Shown: positions 25,650 through 35,379 of the stretch, in pieces | Position numbering within the stretch: the first letter of the stretch is position 1 | Layout: the number at the start of each line of letters is the position of its first letter | Virus record (IMG/VR): IMGVR_UViG_3300035396_000120 | Span: 1-35,920 of that record | From: a virus | Taxonomy: Duplodnaviria; Caudoviricetes | Reading direction: 5' to 3' (one strand) | Length of the DNA stretch: 35,920 bases | Notes under the pieces: model-generated | Told to the model about the DNA's origin: nothing | Database searches by the model: none | What the model saw: only the letters and a program-made list of their open reading frames with translations | Position numbers and translations under genes: made by a program

Positions 25650-26882
25650 TTAAAAAGCTATCGAAATTCCACCTGAAAAATCTGCACCTGAATCTGTAAT
25701 ATCTGTTTCAAAATAGTATGGGTTACTTTGTAAAGCATAGTATAAAGTTATTTCTGTTGAAGACTTTCTGACAGCCTTTGACATATGTGCAATAATGCTA
25801 GAAGACATAGGTTGAAACCCTCCTGTAACAAGAATTGTATCACCTGTTGTAGGAATATATGGACTTAAAGCTTGGTAAACAGTACCTTGTGTTGAAGTTG
25901 CTAGACTAAGACTACCATGGTAATTAGCTTTAGCAGTAACTTTATTATCTTTAAGTAGTACCCCATCTATTGTAACACCTGCTCCACTTGTCTTCTCACT
26001 TATAACGTCAGTATAAGTAGTACCAGCAGTAACATTAGTAGCAGTAACATCAGTAGCAGTAACATCAGTAGCAGTAACATTGCTGTCTTTAAGTAGAACT
26101 CCGTCAACTGTAACACCAGCCGCTGCTGCTTTCTCTTTTATAATATCTACGGCTATTTCATTATTAGTAGCACCTGTACCTATTACTACACCATTAACTG
26201 TTACACCACTAGCAATAGTAGCATTTGTGATACTTGTAGCTTTTACAGAAGAATCTTTAAGTAAAACACCATCAACAGTAACACCGTTACCAGAACCTGC
26301 CACTTCATTTATAACATCAGTATATGCTTGGCTATCTTTTATTTTAAGACCATCTATTGTAACACCAGCTGCCGAAGTTCTTTCTGAAATAGTATCAGTT
26401 GAAACGGCAGTAGTAGCTGTAATAGTAGATGTAGATGTAAGAGCACCAGTTTGAATGGTTTCAGCAGTATAAACAACTGCATTAAGTAAACTTGCTCTTG
26501 CGTTATAAGAAGTACTTACCTTTGTGAACTTAAACACAGCCTTAGATGTACTAGCACCTGATAGGTAATATCCGCCTAAATCACCTCTATATGTTGGTAC
26601 AGTAGACAAAGCTTTAACTGTTATAGCAGTTCCAGTATCTTCTACATAGACGAAATATGTAGTATCAGAACTTACACTAGTCATATCAACTGCTAAGTTA
26701 CCGTCTATGACCCTATAAAGAGCTCCAGCTATTTCTTCTGTTCTACCGTTAGAAAGTGTAGGAGTTCCTGTTCCATCGGCATAACTTGTAAGTGTAAAAC
26801 CACTTGCAATTACACCTTGAAGCCCATCCTGTAAGCCTAAGCTATTTGTTATGAGTAATGATACATTTTCGATACTTGCCAT
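25650..26882 (-). CDS. Repeat-containing tail fibre/spike protein
   Basis: Repeated TDxIxE...GVT(I/V)DGVLLKD units, Thr/Ser-rich. Confidence 0.75.
   Translation of the reverse strand: MASIENVSLLITNSLGLQDGLQGVIASGFTLTSYADGTGTPTLSNGRTEEIAGALYRVIDGNLAVDMTSVSSDTTYFVYVEDTGTAITVKALSTVPTYRGDLGGYYLSGASTSKAVFKFTKVSTSYNARASLLNAVVYTAETIQTGALTSTSTITATTAVSTDTISERTSAAGVTIDGLKIKDSQAYTDVINEVAGSGNGVTVDGVLLKDSSVKATSITNATIASGVTVNGVVIGTGATNNEIAVDIIKEKAAAAGVTVDGVLLKDSNVTATDVTATDVTATNVTAGTTYTDVISEKTSGAGVTIDGVLLKDNKVTAKANYHGSLSLATSTQGTVYQALSPYIPTTGDTILVTGGFQPMSSSIIAHMSKAVRKSSTEITLYYALQSNPYYFETDITDSGADFSGGISIAF
26025..26081. repeat. 15-bp tandem repeat, about 3.8 copies
   Basis: AGCAGTAACAT(T/C)AGT units encoding (N/D)VTAT. 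Confidence 0.9.
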
Positions 26883-26897
26883 AATTTAGTTCCTTTA

Positions 26898-26910
26898 TAA
26901 TATTAACTTT
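26898..26910 (-). promoter_or_regulatory. Candidate late promoter AAAGTTAATATTA
   Basis: Variant of the late motif upstream of the fibre gene. Confidence 0.6.
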
Positions 26911-26931
26911 AATTTTCTATCTTTTCACTTT

Positions 26932-29871
26932 TTAAGTACATTCTTCTACATTAAATGTAAAACTATACTTGCTTAAATCTCTTCCTTTCGGAACAAAGGT
27001 TATATTAGCAAAGTACGGCTCGAATGGTCTAGCCTGTGTTTCTTCAAATTGGCAGAATATTACAGGTTTTAGTCTAGTTAATCTATTTTCATATAAATCA
27101 ATCCAATCTATATATTCTTCTTGTGTAGCTATAGTAACAGTAAAAGCCTCTGTTTTCCTTAATATTCCAGGTTGAGAGAAGAATCTTCCTGATATTGACC
27201 TATTACTAATATCATTACTGATATAACTAGGAATAACTCCTGGTTTATGGTATTCAGAACGAATAGGAATACCTAAGTAAAACTTACCTATATATTGTAA
27301 TCCAGTATCTACAGTTTGAAGCTTCCAATATCTATATGTTTCATCTATTTCTGTAACAATAGTAGTTAAAGGTAGTTGATAATCATAGTTAATAGTATTC
27401 TGTAAACCACCAGCAATACCTAGATTACCAGCTAAATCTACTACCATATTAACAGAACTTATGCTATTCTTATATACAGAACCATCTTGAGATATTACAA
27501 TCGTATCAGACGTACCTTCAAAAGCATGTCTAAAAGCGTCTTCATTGTATTGGAATGTAAGAGAACCGCCATCAGTTAAAACACCATCTTTAGGAAGTGT
27601 TATTGTAAATTCTTTATTACCAGTATGGAATGAGTTCCAAGTGTTTAATTCAACATCATTAAATGGTTTTAAAGTAACTTGCCCGTAAGATATAGTCCCA
27701 TTACTACCACTAAACCCTAAATTACCTGCGTAATCAACTATGAGGTTTTCTTCCGATATACTATTTCTATATACAGAACCATTAGTTGCTATTACATATT
27801 CAATACTTGCTCCTAGAGTAGAAGCATAAAGCCATGCTGCTCTATGAAAATAGTATTGGAAAGAACCTTGTGTCCCACCAAAAGTAAATGTTTTTAGGCC
27901 ATTTGAAGCTGCTGTAGCCATTGCATAAGGATAAAACCCATCGTTAAAATAACTAACTTCTGCTATTAATGGATTAGGGTATGAAGTCCATTCTACTGTA
28001 AATCTTATGTAACCATTCATAGTTTGGTTTTGGTTAGACTTTCTAAAAGGAGCTGATATATCACCGCCTGATAAAGAATCATAACTGCCATTAAAAGCCC
28101 ATATTGCGTCTCCAGCTTTTAAATAACAGTTACCGTATCCAGGTTCACCAATATCTGTAGCTACGAATGGAACAAAGTTACTAGCAGTTTCAGTACTATC
28201 ATTAGGGTTATTTAGGTCTTCTTCTGTAGGAGAAGAGTAATTACTATCATTAAATACATAACCTAATCCAGAAACCATATCCTGAGTTCCTATTGTATTT
28301 AAAGGAAATCTATAGTTTAACGTGCCTAAAGATAGTCTAGTATTATTATCATACTGCGCGTATTGAGAACTTACTGGTAGAAAAGGCGTTAATTCAGTAT
28401 CACCATATACGGATATTATTTTACCGTAAGATATACAGGTTACTTCCCGAATTGGGTAATAAAGAGAAGCACTTCCTGTAAATGCTCTTCCACCAATACC
28501 ATCAATCCAAGTTTGAATATAAGGTAATCCGTTTAATGTAACAACATTTTGTATTGTATAAGCTACATCATCTACTACTTCCATTCCTTCTAATTGTATT
28601 TTATCACCAACAGTTATACTTTCTAAGTCTGTTTGTAAGTCTAATGTATTTACAGTTATTGTTAAATCACTTCCACCATATGCTTGGCTAAACTCTGTAC
28701 CTTCTCCAGGTTTATTTGCATCTTTTACTATAAAGAAATAGTAATCAATGCCATTATATTCCTTACTTAATATTTTATGAAAACCTTTATCAGCATCTTG
28801 AATACCTGTAAAGTTAAGGTAAACATAATCGTTTGCGTTAAAATTAAAAGTATTGTTTGTAGGAGGTGCACTAGTTTTTGTTATAGGTATTTTAATTGCG
28901 TCTACAAGTCTCCCACCAAATGAAGTATCTTTAATTAAGTAAACTTGATTCATATAACCAGCTGTTTGTTGGGTTGTATAGACTTCTGAGCTTCTTAAAC
29001 TACCACCGACTTGAATACCGTGGTCAGTAGCTGTAATTACTACCTTAGATAAGTTTGGGAATGTATCAAACTCCTCATTTGGTAATGTTAAATCTGAGTC
29101 TGTTCCTGTTGAATAGTCTGTTCCAATTGTAGGAGTATAAGGTAAACCACCTGCTAAACCTAAATCTCCATTGATTGTTACTACTAGGTTTTGTTCTGCA
29201 ATAGAATCTTTATATACTGCACCTGATGTAGAAATAACTATACTAGAAGTAGTATTTAAAAATGCAGTAGTCCATGCAGTACTATCAAAATAGTACTCAA
29301 AATAACCACCTAAAATATCTCCATCTGCAAGTCTTGGTAGGTAAAATCTCTTTAAACCATTACTAGCTGATGTTGCAATGGCAGTTATTGTAAGAGCATC
29401 TCCGTTAAACTTAAGAGCCCCATAAGTAGTTCCAGTTGAGCCATATTTAAGGAATATAATATTTTCTCCTACATTACCAACATTAGATTCCCATTGATAA
29501 TTACCAATTTGAAATCTTAAAACACCAAAAGCAACATTAGTATCACATGGTTTAAAATTTGCAAGTGTAGTATTGTACGCATTTGTAGGATTGGTAAGAT
29601 TATCATCAGTACCAGTTGCATAATCTAAATCTATAGATGTGTTAAAATAAGCACCACCTTTAAGAGTAATATCCGTAGAGCTGTTCATAATACCAACTGC
29701 TGTTACTTGTTTCTCGTCACCTAAATCAATAAGGATTTTCTGTTCAAATGTAGCATATCCATCTGCTCCATTCATAGTATCAGAGTAAAGGTTTTCTGAC
29801 TTATAGGTAGAAGATTCATCCTCTATTGTTATAATAGCGTCTTCTAAGTAATTGTTTGTACATAATATCAT
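26932..29871 (-). CDS. Distal-tail-like protein with a large repeated insertion
   Basis: Immediately after tape measure; three internal VIS..G.VY..SI...N.VV...G.LG repeats. Confidence 0.65.
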   Translation of the reverse strand: MILCTNNYLEDAIITIEDESSTYKSENLYSDTMNGADGYATFEQKILIDLGDEKQVTAVGIMNSSTDITLKGGAYFNTSIDLDYATGTDDNLTNPTNAYNTTLANFKPCDTNVAFGVLRFQIGNYQWESNVGNVGENIIFLKYGSTGTTYGALKFNGDALTITAIATSASNGLKRFYLPRLADGDILGGYFEYYFDSTAWTTAFLNTTSSIVISTSGAVYKDSIAEQNLVVTINGDLGLAGGLPYTPTIGTDYSTGTDSDLTLPNEEFDTFPNLSKVVITATDHGIQVGGSLRSSEVYTTQQTAGYMNQVYLIKDTSFGGRLVDAIKIPITKTSAPPTNNTFNFNANDYVYLNFTGIQDADKGFHKILSKEYNGIDYYFFIVKDANKPGEGTEFSQAYGGSDLTITVNTLDLQTDLESITVGDKIQLEGMEVVDDVAYTIQNVVTLNGLPYIQTWIDGIGGRAFTGSASLYYPIREVTCISYGKIISVYGDTELTPFLPVSSQYAQYDNNTRLSLGTLNYRFPLNTIGTQDMVSGLGYVFNDSNYSSPTEEDLNNPNDSTETASNFVPFVATDIGEPGYGNCYLKAGDAIWAFNGSYDSLSGGDISAPFRKSNQNQTMNGYIRFTVEWTSYPNPLIAEVSYFNDGFYPYAMATAASNGLKTFTFGGTQGSFQYYFHRAAWLYASTLGASIEYVIATNGSVYRNSISEENLIVDYAGNLGFSGSNGTISYGQVTLKPFNDVELNTWNSFHTGNKEFTITLPKDGVLTDGGSLTFQYNEDAFRHAFEGTSDTIVISQDGSVYKNSISSVNMVVDLAGNLGIAGGLQNTINYDYQLPLTTIVTEIDETYRYWKLQTVDTGLQYIGKFYLGIPIRSEYHKPGVIPSYISNDISNRSISGRFFSQPGILRKTEAFTVTIATQEEYIDWIDLYENRLTRLKPVIFCQFEETQARPFEPYFANITFVPKGRDLSKYSFTFNVEECT

Positions 29872-32813
29872 ACTAATGCTCCTGAATTTATTGTTAGATT
29901 TTGGTTAAAAGTTCCTTCTGATACTGCCTTTAAAATAGGTTCACTATCTAGGTTAACTGTTATTTGCGCTATGTAAGACCCAATTGATTGGCTAGGAGTA
30001 CCTAAGCTATAAGAGGATAAATCATTTGTATAAGCTACTGTTTCTACTGGAGTTGGAAGTGTTTCGTCTGGTACTACCGCACCACTAGCGTTTTCGTCTT
30101 TAGCAGGTAATTTTAATACAGGTAAACTTGTAAATGTACTTGCGTATTGCTCTAGAGCTTTAGCTGAATCTTCTATCATCGAAATCGCAAAATCAAAAGA
30201 TTCTGCTGTTTTTTTCTCTAGGTTAGCAAAAGAAGTATCGGAACCTGAATACGATGCTTTTACTTGAGCGACTGCTTTATCTCTTGCTTTCTGTCCAAAT
30301 ATAGAATTTGCTTCTGCCAAAGCTTGCTTCTTAGATAACTCAAACTCTGTTTTTTGTTGTTCTAATCTTGCGAGTGCAAGCTCTTTATCTATTTTAAGTT
30401 TAAGTATTGCTATAGCTTTATCTAATTCTTTCTCATAATCAGCATATGCTTTTTCAGCATCTATTTTATCTTTTTGCTCTTTTATTAAAGCTAGACCTTT
30501 TCTAGCTTCTTCCCTTTTTTGAGCGTCGGCAGTATTTTCAATAATATAAATGTACTCTGCGGCTTGTTCATCTAAAGCTAGTTTCTTTCTTTCTTCCTCT
30601 GCCTTTTCAATTTTAACAAGACCTAAGTCTGTTCGAGCTTTTTCTTTGGCAAATTCAGCATAAGCGTCTAGTAAATCTTTGGTCATAGTGAGACCCATTT
30701 CTTTTACTGTATCATCCCAAGATTTTGCCATTTCCTCGAATTTAGTCTCCATCTCAGAAACTAATTCTTCCGAAGCATTCTTACCACTATTTACAATTTG
30801 TTTAATAAGAACTGCCAGAGGGCCGCCGAGACTAATAAGAAAGTTTTTACCAAAATCTTCAAAACTAGAAAAACTTTTTGCTACATCTTTTATTAATGTT
30901 TTTATATCAAGAAGACCTTTAGCTACACCATTTACTGCTCTTGCCCCTTCATTTATTTTATAGTTTTGGTCATCATCCCATACTACTATCTTTTCTTTTG
31001 AAATCTTCTCTATAGCTTGAACAACTTGAATAATTAAACTTACCCAGTCCGTAGCAGATAACTGTCCCTCAGTCCCTACTTTAGATATAGCATCTGCAAG
31101 ATTACCAAACTGAATAACCGTATCAGCTATAAGTTTATCATTACCTTCAAGATTCTGTGTAAATAATCCAGCTATTTGAACAGTTTCACCTAATGAGAAA
31201 GAGGTTTCTTTTATCTTATTTTTAAGTTCTTCTTCTTTTTTAAGTTTTTCATTATAAAGTTCTAAGTCTGTATCAGCAAGAGCTGTTGTAGCAACTTTCT
31301 CTATATAAAGCTGTTTTATATTAGCCAATTCTTTACCATCAGTACCAGTAAACTCATCAGCTTTAGTTAGTCTTTTTTCTTCAAGGTCTAAAATAGCTTG
31401 TAGAACAATCTCTTCTTCTTCTTTTGCTAAAGTTGCTTTTCTTTGTAGTTCTGTTTCAAATATAAGATAACCATTCTTTATTCTTGCTAACTCTATTTCA
31501 GATTTAAGTATTTTAAGTTGAGATTTATCTTCTGGTGTATCTTGTTTAGCAGTAGGTAATGTAGATGCACCACCTTTTAATCTAGCAAGTTGTTTATTAA
31601 GTTCTTCTAATACTTGAGAATATGAAGTAATATTTGAAGTATCAGTTCCTAAGTCTTTAATTGCCTGAGCAGCCAAATCTAGAGTTTTTTGCTGTCTCTC
31701 AGTAATTATTCCACCATTTAGATTAATATCTTTTGCTGCTTTTGCTATTTGTTCTAGTGCTTTAACCTGCTCATCTAGTGATAAATCTTTAAGTTTTTTA
31801 AAACCTTCACCTTTTAAGCCTGCTTCTTCTTCATTGACTTGTTTAATAGCATATGCAAGAGCTCCAAGTGCTATTACTGCACCCGCAACAATAGGAAGTA
31901 GAGGGACAAGTGCTGCTGTTCTAAGTAATGTAAGAAATGTTACAGTGCTATTTATAACTGGTATTAGGGCAAGCATTCCACCTGTTATTAAGATAACATC
32001 GTTTAATAGTTCTTTTTGAGTAGGGGATAAATCATTATAACCTTTAAGTAAATCACTTAAAGTCTTTACAACATCTTTTGCAATAGGTATTAGTTCTGTA
32101 CCTAGGCTTTCTTTGAAGTCTTTAATAAGAGAATTAAGAGCTTCCTGCTCCTGCATTAACTTCTTAGTCTCTTCATCAAGAGCACCTGTAATCTGTTGTG
32201 TTTGTTTTAGAGCGTTATTGAATATAACTTGTGATTTAGCTGCCTTTTCAGACAGTCCTTCAACTTTAATTAATTGTAATACTTCATTCTTAAATGATTC
32301 AGATGTTTCATCTATAACTATACCTAACTCTAGAAGAGACTTAGATGAACCTTTTGCAATTGCTGCATTTATCTTCTCAGTAATATCTGCTGCTGAACCA
32401 GCATCTGCGTTATAATAAGCCCATGCTTGAGCAACATCAAATACTTGTTTAGATAAATCTAGTGCAGTATCTTTTGCTAAACCTAGTCCTTCTCCTATCC
32501 TAGTAGTTGCAAGTAGTCTTTCTTGAACGTCACCTGCTGTTAGTTTATATGTATCTTGTAATGCTTTTTGTACTTCTAAGGCTCTTGCACCAATTGCTTT
32601 GAATGTATTATCAAACTTATTCTGTACTACTTTAGCTTGAACTGCTGAGTTTAGTAATTCTTTGGTTATCTTAGAAACACCTGCAATAGCAAAGGCTCCA
32701 CCTAAAACAGATGTTAAATCTTTAAAATTCCCTTTAGTTTTAGCTATGGCTTTATCTAATTGTTTAGTATCGCCTGTGATGGAATAGTAAAGTTCCCCTA
32801 AAGAAGTTTTCAT
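29868..32813 (-). CDS. Tape measure protein
   Basis: 981 aa, helical and Ala/Lys/Leu-rich; N-terminal LGELYYSITGDT; hydrophobic segment; follows the chaperones. Confidence 0.92.
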   Translation of the reverse strand: MKTSLGELYYSITGDTKQLDKAIAKTKGNFKDLTSVLGGAFAIAGVSKITKELLNSAVQAKVVQNKFDNTFKAIGARALEVQKALQDTYKLTAGDVQERLLATTRIGEGLGLAKDTALDLSKQVFDVAQAWAYYNADAGSAADITEKINAAIAKGSSKSLLELGIVIDETSESFKNEVLQLIKVEGLSEKAAKSQVIFNNALKQTQQITGALDEETKKLMQEQEALNSLIKDFKESLGTELIPIAKDVVKTLSDLLKGYNDLSPTQKELLNDVILITGGMLALIPVINSTVTFLTLLRTAALVPLLPIVAGAVIALGALAYAIKQVNEEEAGLKGEGFKKLKDLSLDEQVKALEQIAKAAKDINLNGGIITERQQKTLDLAAQAIKDLGTDTSNITSYSQVLEELNKQLARLKGGASTLPTAKQDTPEDKSQLKILKSEIELARIKNGYLIFETELQRKATLAKEEEEIVLQAILDLEEKRLTKADEFTGTDGKELANIKQLYIEKVATTALADTDLELYNEKLKKEEELKNKIKETSFSLGETVQIAGLFTQNLEGNDKLIADTVIQFGNLADAISKVGTEGQLSATDWVSLIIQVVQAIEKISKEKIVVWDDDQNYKINEGARAVNGVAKGLLDIKTLIKDVAKSFSSFEDFGKNFLISLGGPLAVLIKQIVNSGKNASEELVSEMETKFEEMAKSWDDTVKEMGLTMTKDLLDAYAEFAKEKARTDLGLVKIEKAEEERKKLALDEQAAEYIYIIENTADAQKREEARKGLALIKEQKDKIDAEKAYADYEKELDKAIAILKLKIDKELALARLEQQKTEFELSKKQALAEANSIFGQKARDKAVAQVKASYSGSDTSFANLEKKTAESFDFAISMIEDSAKALEQYASTFTSLPVLKLPAKDENASGAVVPDETLPTPVETVAYTNDLSSYSLGTPSQSIGSYIAQITVNLDSEPILKAVSEGTFNQNLTINSGALV

Positions 32814-32865
32814 TATTTACATCCTTTAAGGTTATTTTCTATTAATTTAGTTGCAGCCATAATAT

Positions 32866-33192
32866 TTACGTTACCTTTATAGAGTGTCTTTTTGCTTTTA
32901 AAGCTTTCATAGCAAAGTCGGAAGGTTTAATTTCTTCCTTTGCTTTTACAGTATTACTTTCGTTTCTCTTTTTAAGCAGTTGTAGGTTTGTAAGAGCAGA
33001 GGCAAACTCTGGCTCCCATACCCACTCTATAATCTGTTCAGGAAACTGAGCCATGGCTATTGCATTCTCCGTAGCTTGTTTATCCATCTTCCTATCATAG
33101 AACTCCCTGGTAATAGGTACTTGTAAGTACTTAGTTAAAGCCCATATCAACCTATCTTTTTTAAGCGGTCTATTTATTTGGTTTTTTTTTTT
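32866..33192 (-). CDS. Tail assembly chaperone extension (gpT-like, -1 frame)
   Basis: Frame is open from the A11 run (33182-33192) to the stop at 32866. Confidence 0.75.
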   Translation of the reverse strand, partial: KKKNQINRPLKKDRLIWALTKYLQVPITREFYDRKMDKQATENAIAMAQFPEQIIEWVWEPEFASALTNLQLLKKRNESNTVKAKEEIKPSDFAMKALKAKRHSIKVT

Positions 33193-33665
33193 ACTGCGTC
33201 TGTTAAATCGTAATCTTTGTACACAACGCTATTAAGGAAGTTATTCATTGATTCGGGATACACTCTATCTTTCCAAAACTTATCATCTTGGATTAAAGCA
33301 TCACTGTAACCATTGTCTTCCAGTATAAGCTTAATAATATCTCGTCTCTCGTTAAAGAAATCTGACTTACCAATAGCTTCTAGTTCTGTTTGCAGTTCTT
33401 TGTATTCTTCATCTAGTTTAACAAAGTCTTCTTTAAGGTCATCGATTGTCTTATTACTTTTATTAGTACTAGCAATCATCTCACCTTTCTTGTTAAGAAT
33501 ATCTGTCATGCTTTGGAACACATCTTTAGTTCTTCCAATAGTCTTAAGAATTTCACCATATCTATCTCTTACACCATTAGCAATAAAAGATATTTTAACT
33601 GGGTATTTCTTTTGTTTACCTTTTTCATTATAAACGAATTCGTAACTAACTACATTAATGTCCAT
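33174..33665 (-). CDS. Tail assembly chaperone (gpG-like)
   Basis: Between major tail and tape measure genes; ends at a slippery A run. Confidence 0.8.
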   Translation of the reverse strand: MDINVVSYEFVYNEKGKQKKYPVKISFIANGVRDRYGEILKTIGRTKDVFQSMTDILNKKGEMIASTNKSNKTIDDLKEDFVKLDEEYKELQTELEAIGKSDFFNERRDIIKLILEDNGYSDALIQDDKFWKDRVYPESMNNFLNSVVYKDYDLTDAVKKKTK

Positions 33666-33672
33666 GTTTGAT

Positions 33673-33774
33673 TCCCTTGTTTAAGAGGGGAGGTAAGGGA
33701 CTAACCTCCCCATATAGTTTATAGCTTACTAAAGTCCCTTGTAAGCTACCTATTGGTAAATTAATACCAATAGG
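33673..33774 (-). ncRNA. Three-hairpin cis element with complementary loops
   Basis: Stems 33749-58/33765-74, 33722-29/33741-48 and 33687-94/33704-11; loops AAGGGACU and AGUCCCUU. Confidence 0.65.
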
Positions 33775-33783
33775 GTTTAGTTA

Positions 33784-34617
33784 TTAAACTTCAGAGTATG
33801 CTGAATTAGCAATAAAAAGCTTAAATAGTTGAGCACCAGCAGTCTTAGAAGTATCAATGTTACCAGTAAGAGAGAAATTAAATTCGTGGACTCCCTGCTC
33901 TGAGGCGGCCTTGAAATTTAACGACATTCCTGAATCTACCCCTACACCGTATACTTTTAATTCAGTATCGTAAGTAGTAAGAGTTTCGTCAGTATAATGT
34001 CTAAGTCTTGCGATATACTTAGTAAGAGATACAGTACCGTCACCAGATGTAGCTATTTTACCAGTAGATGGAGTATAGTCATATTGAATAACCATATCTT
34101 GTACTAAAGTAGTAACTGTAGCAGAGTCAAGGATAAAAACACCATATTCTCCGCTTTCATTTTGACCAATATAGAAGTCAGTATTAGCTACAAGAGCACC
34201 ATTAACAGAACCAGTTACTGAGTCGACGGTTATTACACCGAGGTCAAAGTTTTGGTTAGCGATTTTAATGAACTTGTTATATTCCCAATCACCAGAGTCA
34301 ACAGTTTGAGTAGCGTTGTTAACAATAGTTCCTGCAACGGAAGTACAGCTAATGAGTCCACCAGAAATCTTAGCGATTCCTTCTGGGTCAAGAGTCCATA
34401 ACGCTGTTGGGCTTATTTGCAAGGTCTGGTTAGTTATTTTGGTTTTCAAAATACCTGCGTTTCCGCTTTCAAGTTGCTCGACCTCAAAGTTATGAGTTAC
34501 TTGAGCTCCAGCAGCAAGAATACCTGCATCATAATAAGATACTTCATTATCTGTAGAAATTGCAAGATTTACGCCGTCAGGCATAATATACGATTTTTTA
34601 TTTGTTTGTTTAGCCAT
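33784..34617 (-). CDS. Major tail tube protein
   Basis: 277 aa beta-rich, upstream of the chaperones, own late motif. Confidence 0.8.
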   Translation of the reverse strand: MAKQTNKKSYIMPDGVNLAISTDNEVSYYDAGILAAGAQVTHNFEVEQLESGNAGILKTKITNQTLQISPTALWTLDPEGIAKISGGLISCTSVAGTIVNNATQTVDSGDWEYNKFIKIANQNFDLGVITVDSVTGSVNGALVANTDFYIGQNESGEYGVFILDSATVTTLVQDMVIQYDYTPSTGKIATSGDGTVSLTKYIARLRHYTDETLTTYDTELKVYGVGVDSGMSLNFKAASEQGVHEFNFSLTGNIDTSKTAGAQLFKLFIANSAYSEV

Positions 34618-34633
34618 GTTAAATTTCCTTTAT

Positions 34634-34647
34634 TATATATTAACTTT
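34634..34647 (-). promoter_or_regulatory. Candidate late promoter AAAGTTAATATATA
   Basis: Copy of the late motif upstream of the major tail gene. Confidence 0.7.
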
Positions 34648-34661
34648 AATTAAGTTTTTTT

Positions 34662-34949
34662 TCATTTTTTTAATTTTTCCACAGCTCTTTGTGGAAAATT
34701 ATTACCAGATTTCGTTCTCGTACCGAATATTACCTCAGTTGCGTATGTTGAATCTGTAAATACCACCGCAGCCTTATTTTGGGACTCTAAATCAAAAGAG
34801 TCTCTCAAAGCCCCTGTTTTTACTGGTGCTTCTTGTTTGATATATTCTACTAAAGTTCCACCATCTTTCATAAGTTGGTCGAGTACTTCCTTGTCTATAT
34901 CCTTCTGAGCTGAAGCATTTGGGGTAAATTTAGTCTTTATGTCTATCAT
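34662..34949 (-). CDS. HK97 gp10-like neck protein
   Basis: APVKTGALRDS, YA..V.FGT, F.QRA. Confidence 0.85.
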   Translation of the reverse strand: MIDIKTKFTPNASAQKDIDKEVLDQLMKDGGTLVEYIKQEAPVKTGALRDSFDLESQNKAAVVFTDSTYATEVIFGTRTKSGNNFPQRAVEKLKK

Positions 34950-35377
34950 TGCCCTTTTCCTGTAACAGAAACTATTGTGTTATAATTATCATTTAAGTCA
35001 ACAGGAGCTATTGTTGGTAGGATATCCGCGACATAAAAATAACTATTACTTCTTTTCCTATTGCAAGCTTCGAATACTGCTAAAGCCGTAGCCTCAGAAT
35101 CTGCTTGCTTTTTTGCCCTACAAGAGACATAAATCTCTATTTGTTGTACGGGTAAACCACCTTGGAACGAAGAGTTATTGTATAACAATATCGTCTTATT
35201 CTCAACGGTTAATGTATTTGTACCTGTCGCTGTTTGTACAGATTTAGGTAAAACAGTACCTTTGAATATCATGTAATTTGTTACAGCATTATAGACAAAA
35301 GTGTTTACTTTAGTCCTAATTGTAGCATTTGCGTAAAGTAAGGTAAATAAGTCATCTATCAAACTATTGTAAGCCAT
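34946..35377 (-). CDS. Tail terminator-like protein
   Basis: Size and neck-block position. Confidence 0.6.
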   Translation of the reverse strand: MAYNSLIDDLFTLLYANATIRTKVNTFVYNAVTNYMIFKGTVLPKSVQTATGTNTLTVENKTILLYNNSSFQGGLPVQQIEIYVSCRAKKQADSEATALAVFEACNRKRSNSYFYVADILPTIAPVDLNDNYNTIVSVTGKGQ

Positions 35378-35379
35378 GG

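Noticed and set aside
25950-26400. Repeats as a CRISPR array or DGR template/variable pair
   Set aside because: They are in-frame protein repeats without unique spacers or evident adenine-specific differences; no RT or cas gene is recognisable
19543-34653. Plus-strand ORFs antisense to lysis and tail genes
   Set aside because: Shadow frames overlapping real genes
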